This document shows positions 19,131 to 30,052 of a DNA stretch of 64,000 bases, in pieces (position 1 is the stretch's first letter; each line of letters opens with the position of its first letter). This DNA comes from Acidimicrobiia bacterium (GTDB lineage Bacteria; Actinomycetota; Acidimicrobiia; Spongiisociales; ZC4RG35). The stretch covers positions 1,325 to 65,324 of the forward strand of contig DATBMA010000031.1 of assembly GCA_036555105.1 (NCBI GenBank), read 5' to 3'. The notes beneath the pieces were generated by a model, which saw only the letters and a list, made by a program, of their open reading frames with translations, ran no database searches and was not told the origin of the DNA. A program made the translations under genes and the position numbers.

Positions 19131-20123
19131 TCAGCGGCGCCGTTCCGCCTCGACCTGCTCGACCAGATAGCGGCCAAGGCCATCAAGCACGGAACGAGCC
19201 GGGATGTCCGGAAGGCTCTGCAGGATCAGATGGGCCTCGCTGACGCGGGCGAGGGCGGCGTCGAGGGCAAGATCGACCCATCCCCCTACGCGGAGGAGCT
19301 CGATAGCCCGATCGGCCACCTCGTCCGGATACGGCCTGGGTGAGGCCAGCAGGCTCCTGAGCTCGTTCCCACCTTCGTCCTGGACTGCGGCCAAGACCGG
19401 AAGGGTGAATTTCCCCTCCCTGATGTCGGAGCCGGCCGGCTTGCCAAGGGTTTCCTCGGTGGCGACCAGGTCCAGGGCATCGTCCGCCAGTTGGAAGACC
19501 ATCCCCAGCTCCCAGGCCCAGCGGGTCAGGGCTTCGACTTGGTCGGGAGGGGCATCGGCCGCCATCGCCCCCAGCCGGGAAGCGGTGCGGATGAGGGCTG
19601 CGGTTTTCCCCCCGATCGCCCGCTCATAGTCGGATATCGAGTGGTCGAGACTGTCGATCAGCTGCAGCTCCCTGATCTGGCCCTCGACCAGCTCGGCGTA
19701 GGTCGACGCCAGGAGCCGAACCGACTCCTGGGAGAGGTGGATGGAAGCCACCTCCGACGCCCTCGCCATCAAGTAGTCACCGGCCAGGATCGCCACGGTG
19801 TTGGACCAGTTGACGTTCACCGAAGCCGCCCCCCGCCTGGTATCCGCCTCGTCGATGACGTCGTCGTGGTACAGCGAGCCCACGTGGATCAGCTCGACGG
19901 CCACCCCGGCTTCCACGGGACGGTCGTCCCGGGCCGGGCCGAATTCGGCCGCCAGCAGCGCCAGAAGGGGACGAAACCGCTTGCCGCCCGCCAAGAGCAG
20001 GTGCTGGGCAACCTTGGTCAGGTAAGGATCGTCTGACGTCGATGCCTCGAGCAGCCTCTCCTCCACCCGCCCCAACTTTGCCCAGATCTCCGGCAGCGGA
20101 ACCAGCCGCTGTAACTCGTTCAT
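19131..20123 (-). CDS. polyprenyl diphosphate synthase (trans-IPPS)
   Basis: Has the first DDxxD motif (LYHDDVIDEADTRRG) and the second (FQLADDALD). Confidence 0.85.
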   Translation of the reverse strand: MNELQRLVPLPEIWAKLGRVEERLLEASTSDDPYLTKVAQHLLLAGGKRFRPLLALLAAEFGPARDDRPVEAGVAVELIHVGSLYHDDVIDEADTRRGAASVNVNWSNTVAILAGDYLMARASEVASIHLSQESVRLLASTYAELVEGQIRELQLIDSLDHSISDYERAIGGKTAALIRTASRLGAMAADAPPDQVEALTRWAWELGMVFQLADDALDLVATEETLGKPAGSDIREGKFTLPVLAAVQDEGGNELRSLLASPRPYPDEVADRAIELLRVGGWVDLALDAALARVSEAHLILQSLPDIPARSVLDGLGRYLVEQVEAERRR

Positions 20124-20231
20124 GCTGCGGCGCGATCGTACCGATACCTGAGGAGCCGAGAGCCACCCGGGGGTAGTCGACCCCGGCCGGTATACTCGGG
20201 GCCTCAGCCAGGACAGCTAAGGAGAAGAGCG

Positions 20232-22720
<2,489 letters not shown>

Positions 22721-22721
<1 letters not shown>

Positions 22722-22799
22722 TCGCACGGTCGCACGGTCGCACGGTCGCACGGTCGCACGGTCTCGCGGGCTCGCGGTCTCACGGTGAGACCGCGAGCC
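22721..22799. repeat. octamer tandem-repeat array C ending in a perfect 15-bp-stem palindrome
   Basis: GTCGCACG x5 is followed by GTCTCGCG GGCTCGCG GTCTCACG GTGAGACC GCGAGCC. The segment 22769-22799 is GGCTCGCGGTCTCAC-G-GTGAGACCGCGAGCC followed by TTT. The clpC TAG supplies the first G. Confidence 0.9.
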
Positions 22800-22879
22800 T
22801 TTGAGACCTATTCTTCTGTCGTCTGTCCCGGGCTCTGCGCGCTCTGCTCATCGTCGTAGCGGCCTATATCGCCGCCCAG

Positions 22880-23461
22880 ATGATGTCGGACATAGCCAGC
22901 CTCCGGATCGTCACCCTGGGGGGCTGGGCAGTCGATGCCGGGACCCTGATCTACCCGTTCACGTTCACCTTGCGAGATCTCATCCACAAGATCGCAGGCG
23001 TCACCGCTGCCCGCGTGGTGATCGTCACCGCCGCGGCCATCAACGTGGCGATGGCCGGACTGTTCTGGCTCGTTGCCAGGATGCCCCCGGACCCTTTGAC
23101 CGGCCCCCAGCTCGAGTTCGGGCAGGTGCTGGCGCCGGTCTGGCGAATCGTCTTTGCCTCGATCCTGGCCGAGGTCATCTCCGAGCTGATCGACACCGAG
23201 GTCTATCGGGCGTGGGTTCGATTGTTCGGCGAGACTCGCCAGTGGGGCAGGGTGCTGGCATCGAACGCTGTCGCCATACCGGTGGACTCGGCCGTGTTCG
23301 TGGGACTCGCCTTTGCGGGCGCCCTTCCGACGGAGGTCTTGTGGCAAATCTTCTGGGTGAACGTCGCCCTCAAGGGGGCCTGCACGCTCATCTCGATACC
23401 CTGGATCTACTGGGTGCGTCCGGCCCGGTTGGAGCTGGCCGAGTCATCGAGCCCTGCCTGA
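22880..23461 (+). CDS. yhhQ: queuosine-precursor transporter family protein (DUF165/YhhQ)
   Basis: This is a polytopic membrane protein with YPFTFTLRDLIHK and EVISELIDTEVY motifs. The true start is probably upstream of ATG 22880 (see findings). Confidence 0.7.
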   Translation: MMSDIASLRIVTLGGWAVDAGTLIYPFTFTLRDLIHKIAGVTAARVVIVTAAAINVAMAGLFWLVARMPPDPLTGPQLEFGQVLAPVWRIVFASILAEVISELIDTEVYRAWVRLFGETRQWGRVLASNAVAIPVDSAVFVGLAFAGALPTEVLWQIFWVNVALKGACTLISIPWIYWVRPARLELAESSSPA

Positions 23462-23549
23462 CCGGCGACGCCTCCCGGCGCCCCGCTAGGCTCCCGGCGG
23501 CTTCTTGCCACGTGGGCAGGGCCTACACCGACCAAGACCTGGAGGATCT

Positions 23550-24749
23550 GTGAAGAGGATGACCTGGCCCGCGGCTGTCGCCGCGTTGGCCCTGATCACG
23601 GCCGCATGCACTTCGGCCACCACAACCACTGCGGCACCCGGCACGACTGCCGCTCCAACCACCATGGCGCCTAGCACCACGGCAGCGCCCGGCACGACTG
23701 CGGCGGCATCGACCACAGCACCGCCTTTCACGGGCACTCCGGTCAAGGCATGCTTCGTCACCGACCTTCAGGGCGTCGACGACCGCAGCTTCAATGCCGC
23801 CGGCTGGCTCGGCGTCACCGTCGCGGCCGAAGCTGGGTACGCAGAGAACGACCCGGGCCCCCCCACCAACCCGCTGTTGGAGGAGTCGAGTGTTCGGGAG
23901 GACTACCTGCCAAATATCACCCTGTGTCTCGAGTCCGGAGTCCAGCACATCGTGACCAACGGCTTCGAGTTGGGCCCCACGACAGAGACGGTGTCGCAGG
24001 AGAACCTCGATCGGAAGTTCACGATCGTCGACTACGCCTTCGCGGATCCTGACACGTTCGCCCCCCTTGACTATGACAACGTGCGCGAGCTGGTCTATCA
24101 GACCGACGAGGCGGCCTTCGCGGCCGGTTATCTTGCAGCCGGAGTATCGCAGTCAGGCATCGTCGGCACGTATGGCGGTCTCAACATCCCCACTGTCTCC
24201 ATTTTCATGGATGGGTTCGCCCGTGGGGTGGCGCATTACAACGAAATCAAGGGAACCAGCGTGACCGTGCTTGGCTGGGACACCGAGGCCAAGGAAGGCA
24301 ACTTCACCGGCAGCTTCGATCCCACGAACCCGGCGGTGGTGACAAGCTGTCAGAACCTGCTCGACGAAGGTGCCGACATCATCCTCCCGGTGGGCGGGAT
24401 CATCAACCTGCCCTGCGGGACCGAGATCCAGACCAGGGGCATCGAGGCGGCGCTCATCGGCGTCGACGTGGATGCATTCGTGGCCATGCCGGCCGAATTC
24501 GCCGACCTGTGGCTGACAACGATCACCAAGGCTCTGACCGAGCAGGTGGCGTTGTCGATCCAGCAGGATGCGACCGGCGAGTGGTCGCCGGGCAACTACG
24601 TGGGCAATCTCGAGAACAGAGGGGTCGGGCTCTCCGGCTACCACTCGTGGTCTGACCGGGTAAGCCCCGAACTCGATGCCGAGGTTCAGCAGGTCCTGGC
24701 CGATGTCACCAGCGGTGCCATCACGTGGACGAAGTACGACGTCGGTTGA
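23550..24749 (+). CDS. BMP-family ABC transporter substrate-binding lipoprotein (nucleoside-type)
   Basis: Has a lipobox (ITAAC), a Thr/Ala/Pro linker and the DDRSFNAAGW motif. SD GGAGGA precedes GTG 23550; an alternative ATG lies at 23559. Confidence 0.8.
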   Translation: MKRMTWPAAVAALALITAACTSATTTTAAPGTTAAPTTMAPSTTAAPGTTAAASTTAPPFTGTPVKACFVTDLQGVDDRSFNAAGWLGVTVAAEAGYAENDPGPPTNPLLEESSVREDYLPNITLCLESGVQHIVTNGFELGPTTETVSQENLDRKFTIVDYAFADPDTFAPLDYDNVRELVYQTDEAAFAAGYLAAGVSQSGIVGTYGGLNIPTVSIFMDGFARGVAHYNEIKGTSVTVLGWDTEAKEGNFTGSFDPTNPAVVTSCQNLLDEGADIILPVGGIINLPCGTEIQTRGIEAALIGVDVDAFVAMPAEFADLWLTTITKALTEQVALSIQQDATGEWSPGNYVGNLENRGVGLSGYHSWSDRVSPELDAEVQQVLADVTSGAITWTKYDVG

Positions 24750-24765
24750 TGGATTGAGGTGACCT

Positions 24766-24795
24766 GAGGGCTGCCGGGGACCGCCGGCAGCCCTC
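24766..24795 (+). other. intra-operon GC hairpin between the SBP and ATPase genes
   Basis: GAGGGCTGCCGG-GGACCG-CCGGCAGCCCTC forms a 12-bp stem. There is no U-tract, so it may be a transcript-stabilising or partial terminator element. Confidence 0.5.
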
Positions 24796-24824
24796 TGTCA
24801 AGCAGAGCGAGTCCTTTCAACGTC

Positions 24825-26339
24825 TTGGAGGGGGCCTTGAGCCTCGAGCTGCGCTCGATAACCAAGCGGTTCCCAGGCATCCTGGCAAACGACGCCGTGG
24901 ACCTGAGCATCGACCCGGGCGAGATCGTGGCGGTGCTGGGGGAGAACGGTGCCGGCAAGACGACTCTCATGAACGTCGCGTACGGGCTTTACGGCGCGGA
25001 CGAGGGTTCCATTCTCGTCGACGGGGAGCCTCTGGCGCCGGCCTCGACCACAGCCGCCATAGCTGCGGGGATCGGCATGGTCCACCAGCACTTCATGCTG
25101 GTTCCGGTGTTCACCGTGGCCGAGAACATCATCCTTGGCGATGAGCCAACAGGAGCGGCGGGTTGGATCGAGCGCAAGCAAGCATCGGATCGGGTTCGCA
25201 CCATTTCCGAGAAGTACAACCTTGCAGTCGATCCCGATGCGACGGTCGAGGATCTCCCGGTCGGCGTCCAACAGCGCGTCGAGATCATCAAGGTCATCAA
25301 TCGCAAGGCTCGCTACCTCATTTTCGACGAGCCCACGGCGGTCCTCACTCCGCAGGAGGTCGAGGAGTTCTTCCACATCGTTCGCGGGCTGCGTGAAGAT
25401 GGGAAGGGAGTGGTCTTCATCAGCCACAAGCTGGACGAGGCACTCGAGATTGCCGACCGGATCGTCGTGATGCGACAGGGCCGGAAGGTGGCCGAAGTGC
25501 TGCCCGGCGAAACCTCGGAGGAAGGATTGGCCGAGCTCATGGTCGGGCGTCCGGTCGAGTTGGTGGTCCACAAGGGGACCGCTACGCCGGGCACGACAGT
25601 TCTCGAGGTGCGAGACCTCGTCGTAGTCGATGATCGAAGTCATCGAGCGTGTGATGGAGTCTCGTTCACGGTCAGAGCGGGCGAGATAGTCGGGATCGCG
25701 GGCGTGAATGGGAATGGCCAGAGCGAGTTGGTCGATGCCATCACAGGGATGCGGCTGCCAATGGCTGGATCGGTCCTCGTGAACGGCGAGGACGTGACTG
25801 CTGCGCCTCCTCGGGAGATGCACAAGGCCAGCGTCGCCCATGTCCCCGAGGACCGCCAGGAGAGCGGCCTGGTGCTGGCGTTCTCCGTTGCCGAGAACTT
25901 GGTGCTCGACTCGTACTACGACCCGCCCTATTCCAAGGGCCTGTTCATGGACTGGTCGAAGGTGAACGAGACGGCGGCCCAACTCGTCAAGCAGTACGAC
26001 GTCCGCACCGCAGGCATATCGGTGCCGGTCGGGACGCTGTCCGGCGGCAACCAGCAGAAGGTCATCATCGCCCGCGAGTTCAACCGGCCGGCGATATTGG
26101 TTCTCGCCGCCCAGCCGACCAGGGGGGTGGATGTCGGCTCGATCGAGTACATACACAGCCAGATCGTTGCCAAGCGGGATAAGGGGGCGGCGGTTCTAGT
26201 TGTCTCGACCGAGCTCGACGAGGTCCTGGCCCTGGCCGATCGGATCCTCGTGATGTATGAGGGACGCATCGCCGGCGAGTTCTCTCCCACCGACGACATC
26301 ACCGACATCGGCCTGGCCATGTTGGGAGGCGGGCAGTGA
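24825..26339 (+). CDS. ABC transporter ATP-binding protein (duplicated NBD)
   Basis: Has two Walker A motifs (GENGAGKTT, GVNGNGQSE) and two LSGG signatures. Confidence 0.9.
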   Translation: MEGALSLELRSITKRFPGILANDAVDLSIDPGEIVAVLGENGAGKTTLMNVAYGLYGADEGSILVDGEPLAPASTTAAIAAGIGMVHQHFMLVPVFTVAENIILGDEPTGAAGWIERKQASDRVRTISEKYNLAVDPDATVEDLPVGVQQRVEIIKVINRKARYLIFDEPTAVLTPQEVEEFFHIVRGLREDGKGVVFISHKLDEALEIADRIVVMRQGRKVAEVLPGETSEEGLAELMVGRPVELVVHKGTATPGTTVLEVRDLVVVDDRSHRACDGVSFTVRAGEIVGIAGVNGNGQSELVDAITGMRLPMAGSVLVNGEDVTAAPPREMHKASVAHVPEDRQESGLVLAFSVAENLVLDSYYDPPYSKGLFMDWSKVNETAAQLVKQYDVRTAGISVPVGTLSGGNQQKVIIAREFNRPAILVLAAQPTRGVDVGSIEYIHSQIVAKRDKGAAVLVVSTELDEVLALADRILVMYEGRIAGEFSPTDDITDIGLAMLGGGQ

Positions 26340-27547
26340 CTCCCGAAGGTTCCCCTGCGCCTCCTCCGATAGGTGACACCTCCTCGCAGCGGGACTTCTG
26401 GCGAAGGGTGACGGGAGCGGGTAGCTCCCTCGGACAGGCTCTCCTCCTCCCGACCCTGGCCTTCGTCACAGCCCTCATCATCGGGGGGCTGATAATCGCC
26501 CTGACCGACCTCGACGCACTGGGCCGCCTGACCACCGAACCCGGTGCCGCACTGGCCGACATGTTTCGCTCGGTGATCGATGCCTACAGGGCGCTGTTCG
26601 TCGGCATGTTCGGCTCGGTGCAAGCGATCTCGGAAGGCCTCTTTTCCGCAACTCCGCTGATCTTCGCCGGGCTCGGTGTCGCCCTCGGTTTTCGGGCGGG
26701 CCTTTTCAACATCGGTGCGCAGGGCCAGATACAGATGGGGGCGATGCTTGCCCTGTGGGTCGGGATCTACGTGACCGCCCCGGCCCTGGTTCACATCCCG
26801 CTCGCCTTGCTCGGGGGCTTCGTCGGGGGGATGTTATGGGGGGCGATCCCCGGATTTCTGAAGGCGCGCAGCGGCGCGCACGAGGTCATCACGACGATCA
26901 TGCTCAACTTCGTGGCCTTCTATTTCATGCAGTGGCTGCTGACCACTCCCACCCTTCAGCAGCCAGGCCGCGGCAACCCGGTGTCAATGCCGATCCAGGA
27001 GACCGCACAACTGCCGCTTCTGTTCGGAGAGCCCTATCGAGTGACAATCGCGTTCGTCATCGCGGTGGGAGCTGTCTTCTTGGTCCGCTGGCTGATCTTC
27101 CGGTCATCGCTCGGGTTCGAGTTGAGGGCAACGGGCTACAGCCAGCAAGCCGCTCGCTACGCCGGAATGAACGTCTCGTGGCTCATCGTCCTTGCCATGG
27201 CCATCTCCGGCGGCCTGGCTGGCGTGGCCGGGGCGAATCAAATCATGGGCTTGCCGCCGTACGATGCCTCGCCCTCGCTGGCCGGCACGGTCGGGTTCGA
27301 CGCCATCACAGTGGCATTGTTGGGACGGTCCCACCCGGTTGGGGTCTTGTGGTCGGCGCTGCTTTTCGGAGCCCTCAAGGCCGGTGGCCGCACCATGCAG
27401 GCGCAGGCCGGGGTGCCGCTCGATCTCATCGTTGTGTTGCAAGCTCTGATCGTCATGTTCGTGGCAGCACCGGAGCTGGTGAGGGTGATCTATCGGATCA
27501 AGCCCAAGTCCAACGCCCTGGGCGCCCAGGCGGGAGAGGTCTCATGA
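26336..27547 (+). CDS. ABC transporter permease
   Basis: This is a polytopic membrane protein. GTG 26336 overlaps the ATPase stop. It belongs to the BMP-type operon. Confidence 0.85.
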   Translation: MTPEGSPAPPPIGDTSSQRDFWRRVTGAGSSLGQALLLPTLAFVTALIIGGLIIALTDLDALGRLTTEPGAALADMFRSVIDAYRALFVGMFGSVQAISEGLFSATPLIFAGLGVALGFRAGLFNIGAQGQIQMGAMLALWVGIYVTAPALVHIPLALLGGFVGGMLWGAIPGFLKARSGAHEVITTIMLNFVAFYFMQWLLTTPTLQQPGRGNPVSMPIQETAQLPLLFGEPYRVTIAFVIAVGAVFLVRWLIFRSSLGFELRATGYSQQAARYAGMNVSWLIVLAMAISGGLAGVAGANQIMGLPPYDASPSLAGTVGFDAITVALLGRSHPVGVLWSALLFGALKAGGRTMQAQAGVPLDLIVVLQALIVMFVAAPELVRVIYRIKPKSNALGAQAGEVS

Positions 27548-28821
27548 TCGACACCCAAACCGCCTCCGCCGGCGATGTGAAGATGCGCGCCACGGCCGAC
27601 GAACGGCGCTCGACCGCGATCGGAGTGGTGCTGCTGGTGCTGGCGGGGGTGGTCGTGTGGGTGTTCGGCCTCGGCACCGAGCCCGGCGAGTCCGCCTCTT
27701 TCGGTCTGGGATTGCCTGGCTCGTCCAGCGCCGATCTCAAGTGGGTGGTGGACCCTCGCATCCTTTCGTTTGTCGTAGCCGGGCTCCTCGCCTACTTGGG
27801 GGTGCGCCGCATACAGCGGGCCCGGCCCACCTGGGCGAATGCCGCCCTCGGGCTTGGCATTGGGCTGTTCGTGCTTTCGTTTCTCGCCTGGTCTGCCGCC
27901 GGCCAGTCGTTCAGCCTGGTCGGGATGCTGCGCTCGACGGTTACCTCATCGGTGGCGATCACGCTGGGAGCCCTCACGGGCCTCATGTGTGAGCGGGTAG
28001 GGGTGATCGACATCGGGATCGAAGGCCAGTTGCTCACCAGTGCTTTCGTCAGCGTCGTCCTCTCAAGCGCGTTCGGGACCCTGGCCGGCGTCGTCGGGGG
28101 AATGCTGACCGGGGCCTTGTTGGGGTGGCTGCTGGCCTGGCTGGCCATTCGCTTCCGGGTGGATCAAATCATCGTCGGAGTGGTGATCAACATCCTGGCG
28201 CTGGGCCTCACCTCATATCTCGCCAGCCGCATCCTGACGGTGGCCCAGGACCTGAATGCCCCGGAGCGAGTCCCGTCGGTGCCGATTCCGGGCCTCTCCG
28301 AGATCCCGGTGCTCGGGCCGATGTTCTTCGATCACAACCTCTTCGTATACGGCATGTTCATCCTGGTGGGGGTGCTTCAGATCGCCCTGTTCCGGACCCG
28401 CTGGGGCCTGCGCTCCCGCTCCGTGGGCGAGCACCCCAAGGCGGCCGACACGGCCGGCATCAACGTCTACCGGGTCCGGTACCGCAATGTGATCCTCGGC
28501 GGGCTGATCGCGGGATTCGGCGGGGCCTATCTGGCCCTTACCGTCGTCTCCCGGTTTGAGGAGAACCTGACAGGAGGGATCGGCTTCATCGGCCTGGCGG
28601 CGATGATCTTCGGGCGCTGGATGCCGGTGGGGGCCCTGGCTGCCGGACTTCTCTTTGGCATCTCCACGGCACTCTCGGCCAAGCTGAGCGTGTTGGGGAC
28701 GCCCATCCCCTCCGAGTTCCTGTTGATGATCCCCTACCTGGCAACCATCGTGGTGGTGGCGGGACTGGTGGGTCGGGCGCGTCCTCCTGCCGCGGACGGA
28801 CAGCCTTACATCCGAGGGTGA
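27544..28821 (+). CDS. ABC transporter permease
   Basis: ATG 27544 overlaps the upstream stop. The 26755-27543 part of the listed ORF is an out-of-frame overlap of the previous permease. Confidence 0.85.
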   Translation: MIDTQTASAGDVKMRATADERRSTAIGVVLLVLAGVVVWVFGLGTEPGESASFGLGLPGSSSADLKWVVDPRILSFVVAGLLAYLGVRRIQRARPTWANAALGLGIGLFVLSFLAWSAAGQSFSLVGMLRSTVTSSVAITLGALTGLMCERVGVIDIGIEGQLLTSAFVSVVLSSAFGTLAGVVGGMLTGALLGWLLAWLAIRFRVDQIIVGVVINILALGLTSYLASRILTVAQDLNAPERVPSVPIPGLSEIPVLGPMFFDHNLFVYGMFILVGVLQIALFRTRWGLRSRSVGEHPKAADTAGINVYRVRYRNVILGGLIAGFGGAYLALTVVSRFEENLTGGIGFIGLAAMIFGRWMPVGALAAGLLFGISTALSAKLSVLGTPIPSEFLLMIPYLATIVVVAGLVGRARPPAADGQPYIRG

Positions 28822-28825
28822 CCTG

Positions 28826-29761
28826 CTAGGGAGTGGCGGTGCCCGAGCCGAGATCGCCGGCCGGATAGCCGATCACCGCGATCTCTACGATCGCTAGGTC
28901 GTCGTACGGGGGCTCCTCACCGACCACCTCGGCCGGCCAGTCGCTCAGAACCGTTATCTCGAGAGTGTTGGTCCGGATCGCCGAGTACTCGTAACTATTG
29001 GTGCCGGGCTGGTCTTCAAGGGTTATCGGCACTTTGAGGGCGCTGTCCTCGGCGAGGAGAGTGATGCCCTTGGCCCGGAAGTTGCGTCGGAACCTGGTCT
29101 CGTCCTCGATGTTGCTCCAGTCGATGCGGGTGATGGTCATCGGCTGGTCGAAGGTAAGGGTGATCGTCACCTCCTTCTCGTTCTCGGGCAATTCGTTCCA
29201 GTTGATCTGGAACTCGCTTGGGTCGGAGTCGATCAGATTCGAGCACCCGAAACTTCCTCCCAGTCCCTCAGGCACGCAGGATGCGCTGAGAATGCTGATC
29301 GGCCCCGGGTTCTCGGCGCCGCCGGTGGTGCCTGACGTCTCTGAGGTCCCCGTGGTGGTGTCGGTGGTCTGGGCGGGTGCCCCGTCGCCTTTGAATACGT
29401 TGAACAGGAGGGCGATCAGGATCACACCCAGCAGCAGCGAGCTGATGGCGATGACTGCCCTGACTCCTGCCGGTGCCTGCACCGCCGGACGCGGCGCGAT
29501 GGGCAGGGGGCCCTGTTGAAGGCGGGCGCCGCACTCCTCACAGTGGCGGTTCGAAGCCGGATTGGGGTAGCTGCATGACGGACAGGCAACGGTTTCCGTC
29601 TTGCGTGAGCGTCCCCGCGGCTCCTCTTCGAGCTCGAACTCCTCGAACTCGTCATCCGGCTCGGGAGCGTTGGCGATCGGGTCCACCCACGTTCCGCATG
29701 TGGGGCAAAACTCCTCGTCAACAACGGTCGCCCCGCAGTTGGAGCATATGTGGCGCGCCAC
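28826..29761 (-). CDS. double zinc-ribbon / TM / Thr-rich linker / beta-sandwich (discoidin-like?) protein
   Basis: GTG 29761 gives VARHICSNCG..CPTCG and CPSCS..CEECG (two CxxC pairs each), one TM, and a C-terminal domain of about 190 aa. The upstream part of the listed ORF reads through repeat array D. Confidence 0.6.
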   Translation of the reverse strand: MARHICSNCGATVVDEEFCPTCGTWVDPIANAPEPDDEFEEFELEEEPRGRSRKTETVACPSCSYPNPASNRHCEECGARLQQGPLPIAPRPAVQAPAGVRAVIAISSLLLGVILIALLFNVFKGDGAPAQTTDTTTGTSETSGTTGGAENPGPISILSASCVPEGLGGSFGCSNLIDSDPSEFQINWNELPENEKEVTITLTFDQPMTITRIDWSNIEDETRFRRNFRAKGITLLAEDSALKVPITLEDQPGTNSYEYSAIRTNTLEITVLSDWPAEVVGEEPPYDDLAIVEIAVIGYPAGDLGSGTATP

Positions 29762-29800
29762 CAAATCACTTTCTCGCGGGCGGGTTATTGTGCCACGGCC

Positions 29801-29917
29801 GTGCCCTTGTGGGACATCAACACAGCGGAGCCGTGGACCCCGCTTTCGGTCCTCGCAGCTGTGATCTTGATCGGCGGATTCGTCTACTGGCTGGTCCGCC
29901 AGTCCCGGAAAGACTGA
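29801..29917 (+). CDS. candidate small membrane protein (36-38 aa), not in ORF track
   Basis: Translates to (V)PLWDINTAEPWTPLSVLAAVILIGGFVYWLVRQSRKD, with one clean TM and a basic tail. Its stop lies 5 nt before array D, matching the stop-codon rule of the other arrays. The start (GTG 29801 or TTG 29807) has no SD. Confidence 0.35.
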   Translation: MPLWDINTAEPWTPLSVLAAVILIGGFVYWLVRQSRKD

Positions 29918-29922
29918 AAGCG

Positions 29923-30010
29923 GTCGCACGGTCGCACGGTCGCACGGTCGCACGAGACCTCGAGACCGTGATACCTCGAGACCTTGAGGCCTCGAGACTG
30001 TGAGACCGTC
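29923..30010. repeat. octamer tandem-repeat array D (11 units)
   Basis: GTCGCACG x4 is followed by AGACCTCG AGACCGTG ATACCTCG AGACCTTG AGGCCTCG AGACTGTG AGACCGTC, all in one register. Confidence 0.9.
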
Positions 30011-30052
30011 TCACTTGGGCCGGGCGACCCGTCGAGCCGGTAGCCTTCCAAG

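Noticed and set aside
20124-20231. A clpC promoter or ClgR-type operator was sought; TATACT lies at about 20189.
   Set aside because: A -10-like hexamer and SD AAGGAG are visible. I could not identify an operator with confidence from memory, so the evidence is too weak to list as a feature.
22800-22879. A preQ1 riboswitch was sought upstream of the YhhQ-type queuosine-precursor transporter.
   Set aside because: I could not find the preQ1-I or preQ1-II consensus features. The region is only about 80 nt and is largely coding-like for the transporter N-terminus.
24798-26156. A 452-aa minus-strand ORF lies antisense to the ABC ATPase. Similar antisense ORFs occur at 21474-22385, 39007-40194, 51579-53054 and 57122-58432.
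   Set aside because: All of them overlap genes with strong motif support on the other strand, and all have biased Arg/Gly/Asp/His composition. They are GC-driven open frames.
26755-27543. The long upstream part of ORF 26755-28821 was considered as coding.
   Set aside because: It overlaps the first permease out of frame and is Arg/Gly/Pro-rich. The permease sequence proper starts at ATG 27544, which overlaps the upstream stop.
29762-29953. The zinc-ribbon ORF has an N-terminal extension beginning MRPCDRATVRP. Similar MRPCDRATV../MRPRARETVRPCD.. ORFs occur at 1026-1280 and 22514-22783.
   Set aside because: These peptides are simply translations of the octamer repeat arrays. The same peptide recurs wherever an array occurs.
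29923-30010. The octamer arrays were considered as possible CRISPR arrays.
   Set aside because: The units are 8 bp and directly abutting, with no spacers, and no cas genes are present. The arrays are not CRISPR.
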